Below, piece by piece: positions 47,477 through 53,819 of a stretch of 53,819 nt of DNA (position 1 is the first letter of the stretch; the number at the start of each line of letters is the position of its first letter). A model generated the notes under the pieces. It made no database searches. It saw only the letters and a list, made by a program, of their open reading frames with translations, and was not told the DNA's origin. The position numbers were made by a program, and so were the translations under genes. Source of the DNA: an uncultured Bacillota bacterium (GTDB lineage Bacteria > Bacillota_I > Bacilli_A > RF39 > UBA660); the NCBI GenBank assembly GCA_947165005.1, contig CAMUYN010000001.1:67963-121781 (forward strand), in the 5' to 3' direction.

Positions 47477-49009
47477 ATGAAGGGTGAATTAATACTAACA
47501 GATTATGGTTTTGAACATCTTTTTGAAATATATGATGATTTTGATTTTGATTCAGTACCAAATAAAGACTTTGCTCTATCTATATATGTTAATAAAGATA
47601 AAACTATAGATAAACAATTAAAAAACAAACAAGGATTTATTAAATCTATAAAAAATTATAGAGAATGCAGAGAAGACTTTGGTCCTTTAGATGAGAAAGA
47701 AGAAAAAGAATTAAAATATATTGAAGATAATTTTGATAATATAATGGACAGTATCGAATATATTCAAATGAATTTTAATGATATTAATCCAATTGATTAT
47801 ATAAAGAAAAATCCAATTGTTTTAACTAAAAAAATAGTTTTAGATATTCAATTAGATATTACTGATTATGATAGATTAATTATATTGATGAAAGAATATA
47901 AGGATGTAATTGATAATATTTATTTAAGGTTAACTGATAACGAAGAATATGTTAGTTTAAATGATTGTTATAAGACTATGAATTTAATTAAGTCTCAAAC
48001 AGAGTTTATTAAAAGTTTAAATTTATCACCAATGGAAACAATTATGTTTACTTATGATTTAGTTAGAAATAGAGTATATAATCATGAAAATGAAGATGAA
48101 GCATATTCTAAATCTAGGGATTTAAAAGACGTATTATCTGGGGATAAAATTGTATGTGCTGGGTATGCTAATTTGTTCCATACTTATTTAGAGTATTTAG
48201 GGATAGATAGCCGTATTGTTAGATTAGAAAGATTAGATGAGAAAACTGGACATGCAAGAAATGTTATATATGTTAAAGATGATAAATATAAAATAGATGG
48301 TGTTTATTATTTTGACCCTACTTGGGATAGTAAGACTAAAGAAGATGATAATTCTTATTTGCTTACTTATAGATGCTTTGCTAAAACAAGAAGTGAAATG
48401 GATGCTATGAATAATTATGATTATGAGGATATATGGTTTCCAAAATATTCTCATTCTATGTTTAAAACAGTAAAAAATATTATAGATAAGGGTGATTATT
48501 CTAAATTAAAATACTTCCAAAACTCTATCAATTATATGGCTAGTATAACTGGAGAAGAACATTTAGTTAATCCAATAACTATTATGCCAATTTCTCCATT
48601 ATATGGGCAATTTGATACAGAAGATTTTTTAACTAAATTTAAAAGGATTTTTGATAAATTTAATAAGCCATTAAAAGCAGAGACAATGATAAGACTATTA
48701 AATAATGTTAGAAGACTTGAATTTTATATTGATTCAAATTGGTATCCATATTCTTATGGAGCAATAGGTAGAACACTAATTAATTCTAACTGGGAATTTA
48801 GAAATAAACATTTAACTAAAGAAATGAAATTGTATCAAGTATTATATGGTAAAGAATTTATAGAATCCGCAATAGAAAAAATGGATAAATCGAAAATATA
48901 TAAAGCATTCGTAGAAGAAGAAAAAATAGTTGATGATATTGAACACGTTAGAATATCTAAATTATTAAGATTAGTCTGTAATAAAAAAATAAAAGAAGAG
49001 ATTAAATAA
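47477..49009 (+). CDS. Transglutaminase-like cysteine peptidase superfamily protein
   Basis: Cys-His-Asp core GDKIVCAGYANLF...TGHARNVIYV...YYFDPTWD. RBS ggggg supports the ATG at 47477. Confidence 0.65.
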   Translation: MKGELILTDYGFEHLFEIYDDFDFDSVPNKDFALSIYVNKDKTIDKQLKNKQGFIKSIKNYRECREDFGPLDEKEEKELKYIEDNFDNIMDSIEYIQMNFNDINPIDYIKKNPIVLTKKIVLDIQLDITDYDRLIILMKEYKDVIDNIYLRLTDNEEYVSLNDCYKTMNLIKSQTEFIKSLNLSPMETIMFTYDLVRNRVYNHENEDEAYSKSRDLKDVLSGDKIVCAGYANLFHTYLEYLGIDSRIVRLERLDEKTGHARNVIYVKDDKYKIDGVYYFDPTWDSKTKEDDNSYLLTYRCFAKTRSEMDAMNNYDYEDIWFPKYSHSMFKTVKNIIDKGDYSKLKYFQNSINYMASITGEEHLVNPITIMPISPLYGQFDTEDFLTKFKRIFDKFNKPLKAETMIRLLNNVRRLEFYIDSNWYPYSYGAIGRTLINSNWEFRNKHLTKEMKLYQVLYGKEFIESAIEKMDKSKIYKAFVEEEKIVDDIEHVRISKLLRLVCNKKIKEEIK

Positions 49010-49023
49010 TCTCTTCTTTTTTT
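48993..49023. terminator. Bidirectional terminator between convergent genes
   Basis: aagaagagatt-aaat-aatctcttctt followed by a T-run. Confidence 0.65.
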
Positions 49024-50284
49024 ATAGAATTGGTGTATTTAACCAATCTAGGATTGGACTTAATTTATCATGGACATTTTTCTTTCCTTTATTTATTGTT
49101 AAAGTGAATTCTCCTAGATATTCCTCTATATGTGCATTAAATCCTAATTTAAATTTTGTAAGTCCAGTTAAATCATTAAAATGATCAAAGTCACCAGATA
49201 TACCATTTAAATTGAATTTATTATATCCTTCTTTATGATATTTTTCCATTATTTGATATATCATCAAATGTGTTGAACAATATTCTTTGAAATCTTTATC
49301 ATAACCAAATATTAAGAAAAATACTTCATTATTATATTTAATTACCGCTGTAGAACCAATTACTTTACCATGAGGATATTGCTTAAATAAATTTGTTGCT
49401 TTAACTATATTTTGTTTGTAATTATTTAATAAATTATCTGAATGTTCTTTTCTTTTTAAAATGTTATTTCTAGAATTAAAATTATTATTACTTAATAATT
49501 CTTCATTGATATCATTATTAATAGACTCTTCATGTTCATAAAGAGTTTTAGCTTTTTCAACAAACCCAGCAGTATTTAAATTTGCTAAATAGATTTCAAA
49601 CATATTTTCTTTACCGAATATTTCATACATATCTAAATAGTAATTAAATTTTCTAGTATGTTTTTTTTCAACAAATTCATAAAATGTTCTTATGCTTTCT
49701 GGATTTCCTTCGTGTATTTCAACACCTAAACTTATTGCTTTTCTAATTTTGTTTCTTATTTCTTTATTAAATTTATTAAATATGTTGTCATTAGGTTCAA
49801 ATATGGCTACTGCATTCCATCTTGGCTTAATTGTTTCAAAATTTAAATTAAATCCTTTGTGTTCATATCCTAAACCAATTAATGTATCATATATTTCAGT
49901 ATTATCAACACCTGGTATTATATTTCCTTTATTATCTCTTGATTTATATATTAATATTGGATCTAAAGTAATATACATGAAATTTCTTTTCTTTAAGAAA
50001 TCTATTAGTAATTTAGAAAAAGTTTTTAAAAGCTCAATATTTTTAAAATCAATTAAATAACCTCTTGGACAATATCCCCATTTAAAACCAAAAGCACCTC
50101 TTTTAACAAGTATTAGAGTAGCTGCTACTATATTACCTGAATCATCTTCTAAACCAAGGTAATAGTCATTAAATTGGTGTCTATTCATAAGCATACCATA
50201 TTCTTCAGTTTGATAGAAATTTTTATATGGAAAACTATGCTCAAAAGTTCTAAATTGTTCTGATTGTAGCTCAACTATTTTCAT
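49022..50284 (-). CDS. FemAB-family peptidoglycan interpeptide-bridge aminoacyltransferase
   Basis: 420 aa. N-terminal ..EQFRTFEHSFPYKNFYQTEEYGML.., central coiled-coil insertion, C-terminal FNLNGISGDF..GLTKFKLGF, typical of FemX/FemA/FemB. Confidence 0.8.
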   Translation of the reverse strand: MKIVELQSEQFRTFEHSFPYKNFYQTEEYGMLMNRHQFNDYYLGLEDDSGNIVAATLILVKRGAFGFKWGYCPRGYLIDFKNIELLKTFSKLLIDFLKKRNFMYITLDPILIYKSRDNKGNIIPGVDNTEIYDTLIGLGYEHKGFNLNFETIKPRWNAVAIFEPNDNIFNKFNKEIRNKIRKAISLGVEIHEGNPESIRTFYEFVEKKHTRKFNYYLDMYEIFGKENMFEIYLANLNTAGFVEKAKTLYEHEESINNDINEELLSNNNFNSRNNILKRKEHSDNLLNNYKQNIVKATNLFKQYPHGKVIGSTAVIKYNNEVFFLIFGYDKDFKEYCSTHLMIYQIMEKYHKEGYNKFNLNGISGDFDHFNDLTGLTKFKLGFNAHIEEYLGEFTLTINKGKKNVHDKLSPILDWLNTPIL

Positions 50285-50385
50285 GATATCACTCCATAAT
50301 AATTATAACATAATAATTTTAAAATATAATAATTAATTAAAAAAGTAGTAAAAAAATAGTATAATATATATGAGAGGATATAATT

Positions 50386-51618
50386 ATGAGTAAAATTAAA
50401 GATATTAAGGCAAGAGAGATATTAGATTCTAGAGGAAATCCCACTGTTGAAGTAGATGTAATTTTGGATAATGGAATATTAGGTAGAGCGAGTGTTCCTA
50501 GTGGAGCTTCTACCGGAGAAAGAGAAATGCTTGAACTAAGGGATAAAGATAATAGATATAATGGGCTTGGAGTAATACATGCAGTAGATAATGTTAATAA
50601 TATTATTAAACCTAATTTAATAGATTTTGATACTGATAAACAAAAAGAATTAGATTATAAATTAATAGAGTTAGATGGTACTAAAAACAAGTCTAAATTA
50701 GGTGCTAATGCAATACTTGGAGTATCCATGGCTTATTTAAAAGCAAGTGCTTTAGATTTAAATAAACCATTATATAAATATATAAGTGAAAGATTTGGAA
50801 ATGGGACTTTAAGTATGCCTTATCCAATGATGAATATAATGAATGGTGGTATGCATGCAGATAATCAATTAGATTTTCAGGAATTTATGATTATTCCACG
50901 AGCAGATACTATTAAAGAAAGAATAAGAATAGGTTCAGAAGTATTTCATAGTTTAAAGAAGGTATTAAAAGATAAAGGATTAGTTACATCTGTTGGAGAT
51001 GAAGGTGGGTTTGCTCCTAATTTAAATGGAAATGATGAAGCATTTGATTTAATTATAGAGGGTATAACAAAAGCAGGTTATAAACCAGGTATTGATGTAT
51101 TTCTTGCAATAGATGTAGCAGCATCTACATTTTATAAAAATGGTAAATACTTTTTTGATAATAAAGAATTATCCACAGGAGAATTAATAAATTATTATAA
51201 AGATCTTGTTAATAAATATCCAATTATATCTATTGAAGATCCAGTAGATGAAAATGATTTTGAGGGATTTAGCTTATTAACTAAAGAGATAGGAGATAAA
51301 ATTCAATTAGTTGGAGATGATTTATTTACTACAAATAAGGAATATCTAAGAAAAGGTATAGATATGAATGCTGGTAATGCCATACTTTTAAAAGTAAATC
51401 AAATAGGTACTATTACAGAAACATTAGAAACAATTGAATTAGCTAAGCAAAATCACTATAAAACAATAATTTCTCATAGAAGTGGAGAAACAGAGGATAC
51501 AACTATTTCAGATTTAGCAGTAGGTCTTGATTTAAAGCAAATTAAAACAGGATCTATGTCTAGGACGGATAGAATTTGTAAATATAATGAATTATTAAGA
51601 ATAGAAGAAGATTTATAA
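50386..51618 (+). CDS. eno: Enolase (phosphopyruvate hydratase)
   Basis: [60 protein letters not shown]. 410 aa; ends at LRIEEDL, so it lacks the usual ~20-aa tail. Confidence 0.93.
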   Translation: MSKIKDIKAREILDSRGNPTVEVDVILDNGILGRASVPSGASTGEREMLELRDKDNRYNGLGVIHAVDNVNNIIKPNLIDFDTDKQKELDYKLIELDGTKNKSKLGANAILGVSMAYLKASALDLNKPLYKYISERFGNGTLSMPYPMMNIMNGGMHADNQLDFQEFMIIPRADTIKERIRIGSEVFHSLKKVLKDKGLVTSVGDEGGFAPNLNGNDEAFDLIIEGITKAGYKPGIDVFLAIDVAASTFYKNGKYFFDNKELSTGELINYYKDLVNKYPIISIEDPVDENDFEGFSLLTKEIGDKIQLVGDDLFTTNKEYLRKGIDMNAGNAILLKVNQIGTITETLETIELAKQNHYKTIISHRSGETEDTTISDLAVGLDLKQIKTGSMSRTDRICKYNELLRIEEDL

Positions 51619-51659
51619 TAAAATAATATTTCGTTCATATAATTAACTAAGGAGTTAAT

Positions 51660-52568
51660 ATGGACGGAATATTATTTTTAGTTTTAGCAGTATTAACAGC
51701 ATTTGTAAGTATTAAACTATCTTATTATGGAGATATATTAAGTAAACAAAAAAAGATATCCACAGCATTTGTAGGTGGTATTTTAATTGCGTCAATTACA
51801 TCACTTCCAGAATTTGTAACATCTATATCTGCAGTAATATTAGATAATCCTTCTTTATCATTTGGAGATATATTAGGATCTAATATGTTTAATATATTTT
51901 CTTTATCTATATATAATTTATTTTTCTTTAGAAAATTTATATTTTCTAATTCTAAGAATACATTTTTATATGAATGCATAATTCTATTGATTGAGTATAT
52001 ATTCATACTTCTAAATATAAGAATAATAACTACAATAGTATTATTTGTTCTTTATTTTTTATATGCATTTAAGGTATCTAAATTAGAAAATAAAGAACAA
52101 ATAATGGACAATAAGGAAAAATATCCATTAGTAAAATTTATATTTATAGGAATAATGCTTATAATATTAAGTATTCTTTTAACTTTTCAAGCAGACAAAT
52201 TAACTCATATTTATCCACAGATATCTAGTTCTACAATAGGGGCTATTCTACTTGGAATAACAACTTCTCTTCCTGAAGTAGTATCTACATTTGCTCTTAT
52301 TAAATATGGTAATTATGATATGGCCATAGCAAATATATTAGGAAGTAATATATTTAATTTTTTAGTACTTTCTATATCAGATTTATTTAATGATAAGAGC
52401 ATATATAATTTGGTTGATATTAATTCAAAGATGTTTTTATATGGTGGTATTTTAGTCACTACTATTTTATTAATTTCATTATTTAAGAAAAATAAGCTAT
52501 TATCATTTATATTATCTATTATTATGTCATTAAGTTATTTATTAATTTGGTATTTTCAATTTAATTAA
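51660..52568 (+). CDS. Sodium/calcium exchanger membrane-region protein (CaCA-like, short)
   Basis: 302 aa, polytopic. Alpha-repeat-like ITSLPEFVTS and TTSLPEVVST. Confidence 0.7.
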   Translation: MDGILFLVLAVLTAFVSIKLSYYGDILSKQKKISTAFVGGILIASITSLPEFVTSISAVILDNPSLSFGDILGSNMFNIFSLSIYNLFFFRKFIFSNSKNTFLYECIILLIEYIFILLNIRIITTIVLFVLYFLYAFKVSKLENKEQIMDNKEKYPLVKFIFIGIMLIILSILLTFQADKLTHIYPQISSSTIGAILLGITTSLPEVVSTFALIKYGNYDMAIANILGSNIFNFLVLSISDLFNDKSIYNLVDINSKMFLYGGILVTTILLISLFKKNKLLSFILSIIMSLSYLLIWYFQFN

Positions 52569-52604
52569 AATATGGTAAAATACTAATATTGACTGGAGGA
52601 AAAC

Positions 52605-52820
52605 ATGGAAGTAGTATTATTAGTTATATCAGTTTTATTAATTTCTGTAGTTTTATTACAAAGTGATAAATCAGAATCAGTTTCTAATGTTTTATTAGGA
52701 TCTTCTTCGGATTTATTTAAGAATAGAAAAGAAAGAGGATTTGAATTATTTTTAAGTAGATTTACTCTTGCTTTAGGAATATTATTCTTTGTAATATGTT
52801 TAATTATGTCAGTTTTATAA
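52605..52820 (+). CDS. secG: Preprotein translocase subunit SecG
   Basis: 71 aa, two TM helices, VLLQSDKS motif. Lies upstream of rnr as in Bacillus. Confidence 0.75.
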   Translation: MEVVLLVISVLLISVVLLQSDKSESVSNVLLGSSSDLFKNRKERGFELFLSRFTLALGILFFVICLIMSVL

Positions 52821-52847
52821 AAAAGAACTTTTAGTTCTTTTTTTTAT
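52821..52847 (+). terminator. Intrinsic terminator after secG
   Basis: agaact-ttt-agttct followed by ttttttttt. Confidence 0.6.
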
Positions 52848-52870
52848 GTTATAATGAAAGTGGTGGTATT

Positions 52871-53819
52871 ATGCGAGAAATGGTATTAGAAATATTAAAA
52901 AATAGTGAAAAAGCATTAGATACTATAGAAATAACTAATTCTTTAGGATTTAAAGAAGTAAATGAAATTACTTCTCTTTTGGATGTATTAAATTCTTTAG
53001 AAGAAGAAGGAATAATATATAAAACTAGAAAAGATAAATATATGTTGTTTGAAAATAGTCATTTATTAAAAGGAAAATTATCTGTTAACAAAAGAGGATA
53101 TGGATTTGTATCTGTTGATGGTATATTAGATGATTATTATATAGATGAAGCTAATTTAAATGGAGCTTTAAATAATGATTATGTAGTAATTGAAGAATTA
53201 AATAATACTGGTAAAAAGACTGAAGCAAGAGTAGTAAAAGTGCTAAGAAAAGGTAATGATCTAGTAGTAGGAGAATTCCAATATAGAAACAATAAACCAT
53301 ATTTTAAACTAGATGATAATAAATTAAAAATAGATGTAATAATAGATGAACAAGATTTAGAAAACCTAATACCAGGTCATAAACTAGTTGTTTCCTTAAC
53401 AAGAGAATTATCAAAGAATAAATATCTAGGTAAGGTAGAACGTGTTATTGGTCATAAGAATGACCCGGGAGTAGATATTCTATCTATCGCATATAAATAT
53501 CAAATAAATGATGCATTTAATGATGATATTATAGAAGAAGTTAATAATATGCCTTCAGAAGTAAGACCAAAAGATAAAGAAGGTAGAAAAGATTTAACTA
53601 ATGAAGTAATATTTACTATAGATGGTGATGATACTAAAGATATAGATGATGCTATTAGTATTGAAAAGAAGGGTAATAATTATGTGCTTGGAGTACATAT
53701 AGCAGATGTATCTTATTATGTAACTGAAGATACATTAACATTTAAAGAAGCATATGATAGAGGTACATCAGTATATTTATGTGATACTGTTATACCTATG
53801 CTTCCACATAAATTAAGTA
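52871..53819 (+). CDS. rnr: Ribonuclease R, N-terminal part (continues past the window end)
   Basis: Open frame from ATG 52871 (RBS ggtggt) to the window edge. MREMVLEILKNS... winged-helix, KGKLSVNKRGYGFV cold-shock-like domain, then the RNB start ..FTIDGDDTKDIDDAIS. Not in the ORF track because no stop lies in the window. Confidence 0.85.
   Translation, partial: MREMVLEILKNSEKALDTIEITNSLGFKEVNEITSLLDVLNSLEEEGIIYKTRKDKYMLFENSHLLKGKLSVNKRGYGFVSVDGILDDYYIDEANLNGALNNDYVVIEELNNTGKKTEARVVKVLRKGNDLVVGEFQYRNNKPYFKLDDNKLKIDVIIDEQDLENLIPGHKLVVSLTRELSKNKYLGKVERVIGHKNDPGVDILSIAYKYQINDAFNDDIIEEVNNMPSEVRPKDKEGRKDLTNEVIFTIDGDDTKDIDDAISIEKKGNNYVLGVHIADVSYYVTEDTLTFKEAYDRGTSVYLCDTVIPMLPHKLS

Noticed and set aside
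50386-51618. Enolase about 20 aa shorter than usual and not linked to gap-pgk-tpi-gpmI
   Set aside because: All catalytic and metal-binding motifs are intact and only the variable C-terminal tail is missing, so this is probably normal lineage variation.

Overview
Strongly AT-rich chromosomal segment from a spore-forming Bacillota (Firmicutes) organism. I cannot place it below phylum level with confidence. Almost everything is on the + strand and is housekeeping, with partly Bacillus-like order: tatD(partial)-rsmA-yabG; murA-rpmE-rpiB-spoIID-SpoIIQ-like-GT4 transferase; csp-hpf; secA; PnuC-methyltransferase-rpoB-rpoC; tilS-ftsH; an ABC-F gene with a leader-peptide attenuator; rpsL-rpsG-fusA-tuf; FemAB (minus strand); eno; secG-rnr(partial). 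I found no rRNA, tRNA, CRISPR array, transposase or integrase. The one clearly accessory region is about 5.4 kb, starting exactly at the secA stop codon (18471-23918). It holds three small cassettes: a seven-Zn-ribbon nuclease plus a membrane protein, a GNAT acetyltransferase, and a NUDIX hydrolase. Each cassette is bracketed by its own variant of one 0.1-0.2 kb non-coding module: two tandem 11-mers of the form TAnATAnGTT, a GC-rich tract with 10-nt periodicity, a decayed start-less copy of the secA SEC-C tail, and a hairpin terminator. This looks like an integron-like or SCC-like cassette array targeting the 3' end of secA with no recombinase in view, and it is my best candidate for an undescribed system. 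Secondary observations: an orphan promoter-RNA-terminator unit upstream of tilS with an inverted partial copy; a four-gene envelope operon between hpf and secA; an orphan AgrC-like kinase beside a membrane-anchored HTH protein; a Pro-to-Ile change in the conserved KDLPGVRY motif of RpsL; and a 6.8 kb interruption of the rpoBC-rpsL cluster. All calls come from reading the sequence and the ORF translations by eye; no database search was run.
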